Assembly: GCA_051294375.1 (NCBI GenBank)
Contig: CM119268.1
Location: forward strand, 19,751,820-19,815,819
Source: Paraspadella gotoi
Lineage: Eukaryota; Animalia; Chaetognatha
Direction: 5' to 3'
DNA: 64,000 nt
The notes under the pieces are model-generated. The model was not told where the DNA came from, ran no database searches, and saw only the letters and a program-made list of their open reading frames with translations. Within the stretch, counting starts at the first letter, position 1; each line of letters begins with the position of its first letter. Below are positions 38,850 through 51,119 of the stretch, piece by piece. The position numbers were made by a program, and so were the translations under genes.

Positions 38850-41567
38850 ACTACCACTTTGGCACCAACGCCCATAAATGTCATGGCACAAATCGCGACG
38901 GCCGCCTATGCCCAAAGGCGCCGTCAAATGCCAACGCAGGTGGCTGCTACTAGCAGTGCTAGTCGCCCGCGTCGCCGGCCGAAACGACTCAACTCTTTCT
39001 TGTGCACGACCCCGACGCCGGCCTGGAGTGGCTTGTTACGGCGGCTCCGAGGCGATGCTCATCCCCGCCTCTGCAGCCGACTTCGCCGCCGCAAAAGCGA
39101 ATCCTGCTGTCGTTGAGGCAGTGCTTGCAGCCGCCAACACGCCGCCAATGACACGCCCATCGAAACTTTCAGCATCCAAGAAATGGGGATTCGACTCAGG
39201 AAACGCGTTTTCCCCTACCTCGCAATCATCGCCAATGTCGCCACTCCCATTCTCGGCGCCGATTTTTTGATAGAACATCTCAGCATCGCTCATCAATGCC
39301 GTATCCTTCTCGACCTCGACGACTACATGGTCATCTCCGGCCATGCCCACGACGCCGCCTCAGCCGCGGCGCCACCCCGCGTTTTACATGTCCGCGACTC
39401 GACCGGAACTCACAAAACTTGTCTTCAACTTGGCGCCACCCTTTGCCCACACCTGCCGCCTTGCTCCCGATCAGCTCGCCACTGCCAAGGCCGAGTTCCA
39501 AAAGATTTTGGAACTCAGGATCATCCGGCGCTCCACCTCTGCTTGGGCATCGCCGCTGCATGTTACACGGAAACCGGACAGCTCCCTTCGTCCTTGTGGC
39601 GACTACCAACGCCTCAACGGCGTCACCGTCAATGACCGCTACCCTATTCGTCATCTAATGGATTTCAACGCCGACATTGCCGGGAAGACGGTCTTCTTAA
39701 AGATTGACCTTTGCAAAGGTTACCACCAAATTCCCGTCGCAAAAGCAGACCGCAACAAAACCGCGATAATTACACCTTTTGGTCTCTACGAATTTCTCTT
39801 CATGCTTTTTGGGTTCAAAAAATGCCGGCCAAGACTTCCAACGCATGATGGATCAAGTCTTGAGCGGCATCCCCCACGTCTTTGTGTACTTGGACGACCT
39901 CCTGGTAGCATCTCACTCTCACGAGGAGCATCAAGAGGATCTCAAATGCGTCTTCAAGGCCCTTGCTGAAAATGGCCTCATCGTAAATCGCGCCAAGTGC
40001 GTTTTCGGCGCATCCAGTCTAGAGTTCCTCGGCTACAACGTCAACAAAGATGGCGTCCGCCCACTTCCGGCAAAGGTGGAGGCGCTACGTGCAACATTTT
40101 CTTGGAGTCTTCAATTATTATCGTTGCTTTGTCCCGCACGCTGCCCATCATCTCGGCCCTCTTCTCGAAGTCCTCCGCGGAAAACCACGCGCTCTAAAAT
40201 GGGCGGCGCCACAAGACGCCACGTTTCAGGCAATCAAGGACACCCTCGCCGACTCCACTATGCTGGTCAATCCAATCGACGGCGCCTCCATCGCACTGAC
40301 CGTCGACGCCTCTGACGTCGCCATTGGCGCCGTCCTCGAGCAGCTCGTCGATGGCCAATGACAACCCCTGGGTTTTCATTCAAAGCCGTTTAAATCAAAT
40401 CAGCGCAAATGGCCGCCTTTTGACAAGGAGTTACTCGCCACCCACGCCTCAATCCGCCAATTCCGCCCATATCTTGAAGGACGCCGGTTAACTCTCTTCA
40501 GCGACCATATCTCGCTGGTACCGGCGCTGACAAAGAAAGCAGAGCCCCACACTATTAGGCAGACTTATCAGTTGGCAGGCATCGCCGAAAGTACTGGAGA
40601 CATCCGTCATATTGCCGGAAAATCGAACGTCGTCGCCGACCCCCTCTCTCGCCTGCCAGCAAAAGCGCCGCCCTCGCTGCCAGCTCCGTCAGCATCGCCA
40701 ATCTCCGCAAATCAACCCGAGCCAACCTCAAACGCGCAAAAAGCGCGTGACGACATCGCCGCCCCCGTCAACGCCGTCGGCGCCCTTCAAGTCAATTTTG
40801 AAGTGATGGCTGCAGATCAAGCTGTCGACGATGACATCCAGCGTCTCCTCAACGACCTTCATATGGCGCTCCGTCTAAAAAACGTTTCGATCAGCAACAC
40901 GACGCTCATCTGCGATGTTTCTGGCTCCCGGGCACGCCCACTCATTCCGGCGTCATGGCGCCGACGAGTTTTCGACGCCACTCATGGCATTACTCATCCG
41001 GGAGTTTGCGCATCAAGGAAACTAGTAACGACGCGTTTCGTTTGGCCATCCGTCTCCTCCGACGTTGCGCAGTGGGCGGCGTTGTGCGACACCTACCAGC
41101 AAGCTAAGACGCAGCGCCACGTCCGTGCGCCGCTCCAACATTTCGAACCGCCGTCCAAACTTTTTGCGCATGTACACATCGATCTCGTCGGATCGCTACC
41201 AGCTGTTTCTGGTCACACGCATCTGCTGACAATGATCAACCGCTGGAAATAATTTCTGTCGATCGATTGAAGCCGGCCGTCACTGACGAACTCTCGCCTC
41301 TGGATCCACCTCCGGCGTGCCCACGCGGTCGTCCCCGTCGAGCCTCCGCCCCCTCCCTCGCATCCCTGCCTCCGGAAACGGAAGCGGCACCACTCGCATC
41401 TACCACGACGCCGCACGTTGCTCAATGTCAATCCACTTCAATCCCCGACCTTTTAAACGTTCTTCCGACGATGCTTCAGCCGCCGGAAGACGACGAAGAC
41501 AACGACGAAGCTATCCAATGACTTTCAAGCCTTCTCCCCATCTGGTTGAAACCTTGGTGGGGGGATG

Positions 41568-41773
41568 TGTGGACGAACAACTAGAACACGCAACCTTGGT
41601 CTAACCACTGACCTTATTTCAACCTTACCCTCGATTGTTTTGCTCTTCTCTTTATGGCCATACTTTGACCTTGTAAATATCCATTGTTATAGCATCTGAG
41701 CTTTTGACTGTTATCGTTATTTAACCTTGTTGAAGAATAAACCATTCTTACTCTGAAACTTGTTGCGTCCACA
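41568..41773 (+). mobile_element. Gypsy-2 3' LTR (206 bp)
   Basis: Follows the PPT. Terminal inverted repeat TGTGGACG...CGTCCACA. AATAAA at 41736-41741. Confidence 0.85.
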
Positions 41774-41892
41774 CTACCACCTCTTTCCCCCGCCAATATG
41801 ATAGGAAGGGTAACAGATGCGGTATTTTGTCCATCGTCAGATTGAAAACTGATGTTCTGTATGCCTCCACCCCGGCACCGCCTCTCTTTCAG

Positions 41893-42039
41893 GATCTCGA
41901 GGAGGCCGTCTCCCGCGAGGCAACGCGTCTCAACCTCTCCGGCGCTGCGCTGCTCAAGAATTTGGGTCCGCAGCGCGCAGCTTTCGAGAATCGAGTCGTG
42001 AGAAGATTGCATGAGGAGATGCCGTGGTATCATCACACG
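41893..42039 (+). CDS. SYK: Syk-family kinase exon 3 (interdomain A, start of C-SH2)
   Basis: ttcag|DLEEAVSREATRLNLSGAALLKNLGPQRAAFENRVVRRLHEEMPWYHHT|gt. Resembles Syk NLQGQAL..AHEKMPWFH. 147 bp, phase 0/0. Confidence 0.88.
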
Positions 42040-42237
42040 GTGGGTTTGAGGGAGGAAGAAGGGAATGGAAGGGGAGAGAAAAGAGGGAAGAGGAGACAAA
42101 GGAAATAAGGAAGAGGGATAAAAGGAGGGCGAGAAGGGAGGATGGAGAGGGAAAAAAAGAAAGAAAGAAAGAAAGAAATGGAGAAATAAAGAAATGGAGA
42201 AATAAAGAAATGGAGAAACAAAGAAATAAAGAAACAA

Positions 42238-42570
42238 GTGGCTGCGCCAATACATGTAAATCGCTTTCAAGGGCTTAAACTGAACTATTACTGCGGCACT
42301 AATAATATTTTTTTAAATTTGCATCATTTTTAACTATTTCATTTTTTCAACTTGCATTATTTTTTCAGCTTGCATCAATTTTTTAGCTTGTATCATTTTT
42401 TTAGCTTGCATTATTTTTTTAACTTGTATAATATTTTAACTTGTATCATTTTTTCAGCTTGCTTAACTTTTTTAACTTGCATACCTTTTTAACTTGCCTC
42501 ATTTTTTTAACTTGCATCATTTTTTCAACTTGCATCATTTTTTCAACTTGCATCATTTTTTTAACTTCAG
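42238..42570. repeat. Dispersed repeat head plus ~19-bp minisatellite (TTTTTTCAACTTGCATCAT)
   Basis: GTGGCTGCGCCAATACATGTAAATC..head and the same minisatellite recur at 54484-54740. Confidence 0.7.
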
Positions 42571-42659
42571 TTTTTAAAAAAAATATGAATAATAAAAAAA
42601 ATTAAGATAAAAAATATAGGATATAATATTAATTAAAAACGAAAATTTTCGTGGAACAA

Positions 42660-43773
42660 CAATAAAGTTTTTTTTATTAACTTTGGACATGTTTCGGCTT
42701 ACAACTCAAGCCTTCATCAGCATTTGAAATCACAAATAATTTATTTCACAAACATTGAGAGAGATAGAGAGAGGGAGAGTTCCAACAAAGAATTTAGTAA
42801 AGGAAAGTGGTCAGATGTGAGGACAGGTGAAGATGAGGACAGGGATGAAAAGGAGAGTGAATGTGAAATTGGTGAAAAGGGAGAGAGAGAGGGAGAGAGA
42901 GACACAGAGAGAGAGAGAAATAATAGTAAATAATAGGCAATGTACAACAAAGATAAATAGTATTATAAACTAGACATAATAAAGATTGAAATAAATTAAA
43001 TTAGGCTGTTTGTGCATTTTTGAAATAGTGAAATATTGAAAATGAAATGGAAAAGGATAGTTTGTGAGGGATAGTTAAGATAAAGAGGTGAGAGAAAAAT
43101 AAGTAAAGAAAGAGCTTAAAATGAGCTGGTCCCCCCCCTCCAGCCGGGCAAATGAGGGATATTACTGATGAATTTTGGTTCATAGGCCTGTCATAGGTTG
43201 AGAGAGTATTGTGGAGGAGTTAGTTAGGCTGGGATCTGGTAATGACCCACCTGGAAAAATGCCCAGTGCCACTCGAATGTCTCTCTGACCTGATAAGCCT
43301 GCCGAATGCCCTCCTCTCACCTGACGGTGAGGTGATTGCCTGTTCTGGCCTGTTTTGGTACAGGAGATACAGACTCCTCCCCCTCCTCCTGCAGCCGTCA
43401 TTTTGGGCGACGCTCGGTACGAGGAGAGATTTTGAGCTCTTTTTTTACTTATTTTTCTCTTACCTCTTTATCTTAACTATCCCTCACAAACTATCCTTTT
43501 CCATTTCATTTTCAATATTTCACTATTTCAAAAATGCACAAACAGCCTAATTTATTTTATTTCAATCTTTGTTATGTCTAGTTTATAATACTATTTATCT
43601 TTGTTGTACATTGCCTAATGTATACTATTATTTCTCTCTCTCTCTGTGTCTCTCTCTCCCTCTTTCTCTCCCTTTTCACCAATTTCACATTCACTCTCCT
43701 TTTCATCCCTGTCCTCATCTTCACCTGTCCTCACATCTGACCACTTTCCTTTACTAAATTCTTTGTTGGAACT

Positions 43774-43800
<27 letters not shown>
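42660..43800. mobile_element. Penelope-like remnant with ~370-bp inverted repeat and hammerhead motif
   Basis: ~42757-43128 is the reverse complement of ~43433-43800. Shares TGGTCAGATGTGAGGACAGG with 56310/59960. Confidence 0.65.
42682..42726 (-). ncRNA. Minimal hammerhead ribozyme
   Basis: Minus strand: CTGATGA-A GGCTT gagttgt AAGCC GAAAC ATGTC. Confidence 0.7.
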
Positions 43801-43805
<5 letters not shown>

Positions 43806-44499
43806 ATCGAAAGTTATGTTAATTTCTATGAATTTCATCTCATCGTTTCCACGAGAGGAAATGCCAAGGCGACAGTCAGAGTCTTAGACTGTTTGAAATT
43901 TTAAAATTCTTTTTATTTTGGAAATCATGTTTAAATGCGACGTAACAAATCATGTGCCTTTTTTCTCCGTTTTTGTAAAACATTGTAAAAGTTACAAAAA
44001 ACGCCCATGCCAAATACATCAGAGCACCTTCTCAATTATAATAGTTTATAGTTTTGTGTTAGGTTTTCATTTTGGTTTTATATTAAAAATATATTTTTTT
44101 ATATTTTTTTTATTATTCTTTGATTTTTATCTTCTTTTTATTAAGTTAATTTTGCGGACAACCTGCATTTTTTCTTCTATATTGCTTCAATTCTTTTGTG
44201 TCTCTCTCGCATATATGCCGTCATTAAAAGATATGAAAAAAATAAACAGGTAATTTTGCATATTTTTATATTTTGTAAAAATATAAAAAAAATAATTTTT
44301 AAAAATATTTATGATAAAAAAATTGAAAAAACATTTACTTTTTTGTTGAAGAGCAGGTGCAAGTGAAGATCTAGTGGGTCCAGATAAAATTTTTTGAATG
44401 TTCCTTTGTCTTACAAAAGGCCTCCTGTTTTGTTAAGTAGAATAGGGTGAAAATACAAAGAAGATCTAATAGGACTGTTCTTATGTTTCAGAAAAGATA

Positions 44500-45050
44500 T
44501 TAGATTAGATTAGATTTATTCAAGAAGGACGGGCCGGGGATAGGCAATGGGTCGCAGTTACAAATAATCACAGACAGGTTTACAATTAATCACAGCATAA
44601 CGAGAACAATAGTTATCATCGGAAACCAATTTGGTCAAAGTATAACGGCACCGAACAGGTGAAAAGGAATTTTCAATCCATTTCTAAATCCATATCTTTT
44701 ACTGTAGTCTGTAATTGAATCTTTTCATAACTCTTTTCAAATACAAACAGTATCCTATACAAAGAGAACAGGGTTAAATCTTAAGTTTTAGAAATAATTT
44801 TTACAAAGGATAATTATTAGGTACTTCACTTAAAAATTCGAAGGGACATATTGCCCTTCTGCTCGCCTAAATTGTTCATGTTTTCAATGTATTTAGGTAA
44901 AAGGGGCGTTTTTTCAATCAAACCTCGCATTTGCAAATGTGCCCTCTTAATTATTCTAATACGCATGGTTCTAAACCCAAATAATCCAAAACTAAGAAAT
45001 TTGACATTGATCTTGGTACATTAGATATACTTTTTAAAAAATCTAAATTC
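44500..45050 (-). mobile_element. LINE (CR1/L2-like) 3' fragment inserted in a dispersed repeat
   Basis: (TAGAT)n tail and AATAAA on minus. The homologous host repeat at ~55240 lacks this insert. Confidence 0.45.
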
Positions 45051-45893
45051 AACTGTCTCTAATTTTATATACTAAAACTAAATTTCATTGCTATTTTGTT
45101 TAAAAACGCTTTTTTGTGGAGCCATCTGGTTTATTAAGACCAAAACAGACAAAAATTTGCTATTTTGTGTAAAGCGATGCAAGTGAAGATCTAGTGGGTG
45201 CAGACAGAAGAGCAAATTTCTATAGAAAATAAAGGAAAATGCTCATAGTAGAAAAAGTAAAAGACAAATCCTCGTAGTACAAAGACGGGAAAAAAAAATA
45301 GTGCTATTGGAAAAAAAAAATTTTAAGCGATTTACAATCTTGCAGGTGCATATCAAATTTAATATGCATGTTCCTTTGTTTCTTAAAAGAGAATAAGATA
45401 TCTGGTAAATAATTTTTTAAAACTTAATCAAAAGTGCTATCTTGTCTTACTGAATGCTCCTTTGTTTAGGGCGCCCTCTAGTAAATAAAGCTTAAAAAAT
45501 AAAAAACTTAATTTGAAGAAATGAAAGAAAACCTCCTAGTAGGAGAGAGGAGATGACGAGAAGAAAAAAAAATGACGGATTAAAAAAAGAAGAAAAAAAA
45601 ATGACCGAAATTCAAGGGTAAAATAATCGCTGAAAGCGATTTACAATAAAAAAATAAATGAAATGGCAAAGAAAACCTCCTAGTAGGAGAGAGGAGATGA
45701 CGGGAAGATAAAAACATGACGGACTAAAAAAAATTGACCAAAATTCAAGGGTAAAATAAATCGCTGAAGCGATTTACAAGAAAAAATAAATAAAGAGAGG
45801 AATCAGAAAGATAGGAAAAAGATGGGGGAAAAAGGAGAGGAAGGTAAAAAGATAGATAGATAGATACTCCCCGCTTATTCCTCCCACCCCAAG

Positions 45894-46556
45894 ATCTCCC
45901 GCCAAGAGGCCGAGGATCGCATCTCCGTCTCGGGTCACGTGGACGGCCTTTTCCTAGTCCGCATATCTTTCGCCGACGGCACAGGATCCTCGACAAAGCG
46001 TTCAGCGGCGCTGACGATCTCTTTCGACGGCGGGTGTCGGCATTACCGGGTCAGCGCAGACACGAGGGATCGAGTCTCCATCGAGAAGAGTTCAAAGTTC
46101 AACTCCATCATGGAGCTCATTGATCACTACTACTACAACCAGGACGGCCTACTCCATCAGCTCACTCTGCCGTGCCTGGCGCCAGGCTGTAAACCCCCGG
46201 CCAGCAAGCGCCTGTCCACCACGTTCTCGCCGGCGTTCAATGCGGCGGCGGCGTCGAACCATTCTCCTTCGTCTTCCGATCCTCCCACGCCGCTGCCGAG
46301 GCGGCAGCCGCAGGCGCTTCCGCCGCCGCCAACGTCTTCGTGTCAGACTCCACCGCCGACGCCGCCGCAGCCCACATTCGAATCTTCGCCACCGACTCCG
46401 GGTCTAACCTCTCAGATTCGGCGCCATCGACCGTTGACGCCGCCGAGGGACGAAACCAGCGTCCTTTTGTCGCAGGCGCCGCCGCCGCCGCCGCCGAGAC
46501 CGCAATCAATGCGGGCGCCGCAGCCGACCGAGCCTGAACCAGATCTTTGCCTACAA
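45894..46556 (+). CDS. SYK: Syk-family kinase exon 4 (C-SH2 plus Pro-rich interdomain B)
   Basis: aag|ISRQEAEDRI..DGLFLVR..HYRV..KFNSIMELIDHY..DGLLHQLTLPC. 3' end inferred at CAA|gtagat (phase 0; weaker donor). Confidence 0.85.
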
Positions 46557-46629
46557 GTAGATAAAAAAAATAATGATAACTATAATGATACAAATAACAA
46601 ATTAATTATGATATTGATGCATATTGTTA

Positions 46630-46633
<4 letters not shown>

Positions 46634-46700
<67 letters not shown>
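46634..46700. repeat. (AAT)n microsatellite
   Basis: About 22 perfect units. Confidence 0.95.
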
Positions 46701-46702
<2 letters not shown>

Positions 46703-47117
46703 CTTGTCTTGTAAGAGTGATGGAGGCCTTAAACCACCAAAGCCTGTCCAAAGTTAGGGGAAAGATAGCTTATTTATTGAATGAAAGGATAATTTGTATA
46801 TTGGTTGTACCAATTTCATAATTCAGCTCCTTGTATTTTGATGCTAGTGCGGAGTACAATAAGTATTCCCCAGAGTCTAATAAGTAAGGCAGTGGTCTTT
46901 TCATACAATTGAACAGTTCTTTGAAATATTTTCCCTTCCTTATAGGGAAGCCAAGGTACACCTGGGAGTGAATAAATGAGACTGTGAGTAGATTCTTGAT
47001 TGAAAGCTGCAGGGACTTGCTATGTCCATTGTCTTCTAAGAGTGATGGAGGCGCTTTAAACCACCAAAGCCTGTTCCAAAGTCAGGGAAAGATAGCTTAT
47101 TTATTGAATGAATGGAT

Positions 47118-47358
47118 TTGGGCGGTATATTCACACCGCCTCACGTCCATCATCTTTCAGCCAAATCCATTGGCTCAGAGGGGAACACACCATCCCAGGC
47201 GTAGTGTTCCATCCACAGTCCTAACGGATTTCCCTTCTGCGTTGGCAAAGCGAGGACGTCCTTAGGTAACCGCGCCAGTGACTAGAGGCGTCACTGAGTG
47301 TCGGAGCCCCCAAAGCCAACAGTGAGATGCCCCATCCAAATGGGCATCACAGGCCATA
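47118..47358 (-). mobile_element. Solo LTR family C
   Basis: 4-bp TSD GGAT (47114-47117 / 47359-47362). Empty-site sequence visible in the paralogous repeat at ~46785. Confidence 0.75.
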
Positions 47359-47379
47359 GGATAATTTTTATATTGGTTG

Positions 47380-47613
47380 TGAAGAGACAGTAATTATTGT
47401 TATGAGTTAGTGACAGAACTGTTCAATAAAAGCAGTCTCTGAGCTTCGGATCAGGCTATAACACCGTGTTACAGGCGGGGTAAGCGCCCCGTCCCTCTTA
47501 ACTGCTAGGCGGCCACCGGGTTAGAACCCCGGACCTTTGGGTTGGGAGGCGAATGACTTGTCTCCGGCACCAATGGCCGCTGATGAACGGTTGGTGGATT
47601 TTAGTCCACCATA
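47380..47613 (-). mobile_element. Solo LTR of TRIM family B
   Basis: Matches the LTRs at 63080-63313 and 63501-63717. TSD gttg/cttg. Confidence 0.85.
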
Positions 47614-47765
47614 CTTGTACCAATTTCATTAATAATATTGTGGTTTTTCCTTCCGTTTCGTTGTCGTTGAGGATCAGAAAGAAAATTGCAAAAAAATGGA
47701 AATTTTTATTCTAGTAATTACAATAATAATGATAAAATTAATAATGGTAATATCGCTAATAACAG

Positions 47766-48056
47766 GACATTTGGGACGAACCGCCCGACGACCTCCCGCC
47801 GGCGCTCATCGGCGTTGGAGGAGCCGCGAACGCCGCTTTCGTTGGCGACGACTCTGGAGCCAACTTCGATCCCGAGACCTACGGTCGCGTCCCCAAGGAG
47901 CTCTTTAAACTCGACCGGCGCGAGATCATCCTCCAGAACCCGATCGGGACGGGCAACTTCGGTGCCGTCCTCAAGGGCGTCTGGATTCACGAGATGGAGA
48001 ACATCCCCGTCGCGGTGAAGTCGTTGAAGTCACCTGAAGGAGGAAGCACCGATCAG
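47766..48056 (+). CDS. SYK: Syk-family kinase exon 5 (linker end plus kinase subdomains I-II)
   Basis: cag|DIWDEPP..LDRREIILQNPIGTGNFGAVLKGVW..PVAVKSLK..DQ|gtgatg. 291 bp, phase 0/0. Not in the ORF track in this frame. Confidence 0.92.
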
Positions 48057-48486
48057 GTGATGGAACCGAAGGCGGTTGAGTCTGTTTAAGCATTTTTTTT
48101 TCAATTTTATTTATTTTTTTTTTAACTTAGGTAGAAGAGAAATAAAATAAATATTTGTTTATTTACAACGATAGCTTTATCAATCGGAATTTTTCGGCTT
48201 TATTTACCATCAACGGAATGGACATATGAACGGACTAGGTTGGCCTAGTGATGTGATTGCTTGTCTCCTTCACGAATCATCAGAATCATCAGAATCGGGA
48301 TGAATCATCAGGGCTTTGACATATGTGAAAATTTAATATATTTTGTTTGAGAGATTATCCCTAATCCTTAACCCTGATCCCCAACCATAATCCCTAACCC
48401 ATTTCATCAGCAAAATTCATAACCTAAACCTTCGTCTCTTGTTGGTTCATTACTAAATAACTTGAAATCTCAATTCACCAACTTAG

Positions 48487-48678
48487 GAAGAGATTCTGAA
48501 GGAGGCGGAGACGATGAAAATGTTGGACCACGAATCGATAATCAAAATGCTCGGCGTCTGCGTCGACGGTGACCCCCTCATGCTGGTGCTGGAGTTCGCT
48601 CCGCTTGGGCCATTGCACAAATTCCTCCGAAGAAACAAGGATTTCCCAGTCGCTGACATCCTGCCCTTGATGTTGCAA
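48487..48678 (+). CDS. SYK: Syk-family kinase exon 6 (subdomains III-VIa)
   Basis: tag|EEILKEAETMKMLDHESIIKMLGVCVDGDPLMLVLEFAPLGPLHKFLRR..LMLQ|gtgaga. 192 bp, phase 0/0. Confidence 0.92.
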
Positions 48679-48757
48679 GTGAGAATATATGGATGAGGAT
48701 TAGGATAATCAATAATCATGGCTGAATAGGATCTATGACTAGGAGAGAGGCCCATTT

Positions 48758-48983
48758 AAACAAGTTTGAGCAAACAATGTCGGATCTGCCTACTACGATA
48801 AATTAATTTAATCCGATTAATTAATTAATTAATAAATTTAATAATGTAATATAATTAATTTTTAAAATTTATATTCCAACTATTCATCATCGTGTCCTTA
48901 AAATTGGGTTAGGACAGTTATTAAATATGTTCGTTTACATTTTATCAAAAACAAACAAATATCCTCTATTTTATTTTATGTTT

Positions 48984-49057
<74 letters not shown>

Positions 49058-49747
49058 TTTTATGCAATTTGCGACGAACTTTATGCTTTTAAGAATTTTT
49101 TAACTTGCATCATTTTTTCACATTAATTAATTAATTAATTAAAACATTATTAGTAATCATTAATATTAAAGATTCAACTTTTTAAAATTTTTTTGTTTTA
49201 TTAATGAAAAAATTAAAAAAATAAAATTCAGCAATAATGATGATGATGATGATTTTTTAAAGTTTTTTTCTATTTTTAACCAATTTATTGTCAAAATTTG
49301 AAAAAAATATAGTACTAACTTTCATTTAACCTTTTAAGCTCTACAAGACACCCGTTTTAAAAAATCAAATTTTTAAATTTTTTTGTCATTTTGTTATATA
49401 TTAATAAATATTTAAAAGCTTCAGTGCAACAACCCAATGAACTAATTCAAAAAGTTACATTGAAATCGATTTAGTAGTAGAAGGAAAAAGAAATTTTTTT
49501 GAGAGAACTAGAAAAGTGTTCAATTTGGCCCGCTTACTAGATATATTGCATGTGATTAAACAATGTTATCGGAATCAATAATTTTTATCAATTTTATGTA
49601 TTTTGTAAGTATTTTAAGTATTTATTAAAGTGAGTAAAATAACAACTTTTTATTTGCTAATTTTTTATCTCGACTCTTTCTCTTTTCTCTCTCTCTCTCT
49701 CTCTCCATCTCTTTGCAATTGCAACGATCCTTATGCTCATTTTTCTG

Positions 49748-49784
<37 letters not shown>

Positions 49785-49827
49785 CTCTCTCTTGCAATTG
49801 CGATGAATCCTTATGCTCATTTTTCTG

Positions 49828-49871
<44 letters not shown>

Positions 49872-51055
49872 AATTAAAACATTTATTAGTAATCATAAAT
49901 TAGTAATCAAAATAATAAAAATTCAAGTAAATGTGACTTATGTTTTTTCCATTTAAACTCATTTCCACTGGCACAATTCCGTCAAAACTTTATATCTAGC
50001 TTCTTCACACACTTTCCTACCCGCTCACAAAATTTCATCTAAATCTATTATGGGTTAAAATAAGTAAATGATTCAAGTAAATGTGACTCCTATTTTTTTC
50101 ATTAAACTCATTTCCACTCGTACGTTTCCACCGAAACTTTATATCAAGCATCGTTACACATTTTTCTACCACACAAAAAATTTGAACTCAATCTATCCAT
50201 CCAATTCTGATTAATTAGAGTACTTATTGGTTAAAATAAGTAAATATTTTAGTAAATGCGACTTAAGTTTTTTCCACCTTAAACTCTTTTCACTCACACG
50301 ATTCCGTCGAACTTTATATCCAGCTTTATCACACACTTTCCTACCCCACACACAAATTTTCATTCCAATCCAACCAGCCAATCACGAGTTATTGGAGCTT
50401 TTTGCTAAGGTGGGACGGATGGACGGATTGATTGACTGATTAATTAATTATTGATTAATTAATTGACTAATTGATTAATTAACTGATTAATTATTTGATT
50501 TATTAATACATCCTGTATATACATTTAATATAAAAGGAAGAGAAGAATCAAAAATCAATTAGTGAAACAGGTTTTTTGTTTTTTTTTCCATTTAAACTCA
50601 TTTCTACTCAAAAGATTCCATCGAAACTTGGTTTCCTGTTCAATCACACACTTTCCTACTCACATACAAAATTCCAGGTCAATCCGATAATTAAGTGGTA
50701 ATTAAGCTAACTTGGTCAACTTGCATAATTTAATAAACTTGCATAATTTGGTCAACAGACATAATTTGGTTAACTGACATAATTGGTCTACTGACATAAT
50801 TTGGTCACTGACATAATTTGGTCAACTGACATATTTAATTCATTACGATAATTGGTCAACACGCATAAATTTGGTCAACTGGCATAATTTTAATCAACTG
50901 GCCTAATTTGGTCAACTGGCATAAATTTGGTCAACAGCATAATTTGGTCAACTTGCAGAACTTGATCAACTTGCCAGAATTTGGTCAACTGGCATAATTT
51001 GGTCAACTTTAAGAATTTGGTCAACTGGCATATTTTGTCAATTGGCATAATTTGG

Positions 51056-51119
<64 letters not shown>

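Larger units (their letters stand above)
37140..41773 (+). mobile_element. Decayed Ty3/Gypsy element (Gypsy-2) in Syk intron 2, sense orientation
   Basis: gag remnant 37152-37604. Frameshifted pol fragments (CGDYQRLN, KGYHQIPV, YLDD, TVDAS, HGITHPG). Integrase core truncated at ~41250. PPT GGGGGGATG 41559-41567. Confidence 0.9.
46705..47628. repeat. ~115-bp direct-repeat-flanked unit (possible TRIM) whose second repeat carries two nested solo LTRs
   Basis: 46705-46818 matches 47030-47628 once the inserts 47118-47358 and 47380-47613 are removed. Confidence 0.55.

Noticed and set aside
46557-46757. Poly-Asn C-terminus of ORF 45939-46757 as real protein
   Set aside because: Abrupt switch to AT-rich sequence and (AAT)n after a phase-0 GT. 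The kinase continues in the exon at 47766.
48355-48430. Interstitial telomere (also 20603-20622)
   Set aside because: Only a few degenerate CCCTAA units; too short to interpret.
30443-48678. SHARK/HTK16 kinase
   Set aside because: No ankyrin repeats between the SH2 domains. Exons 2-3 encode a Syk-type interdomain A directly.
50710-51060. Regular short repeats (also 14110-14345, 42310-42570) as a CRISPR-like array
   Set aside because: Head-to-tail tandem units with no unique spacers, eukaryotic context, no cas genes.
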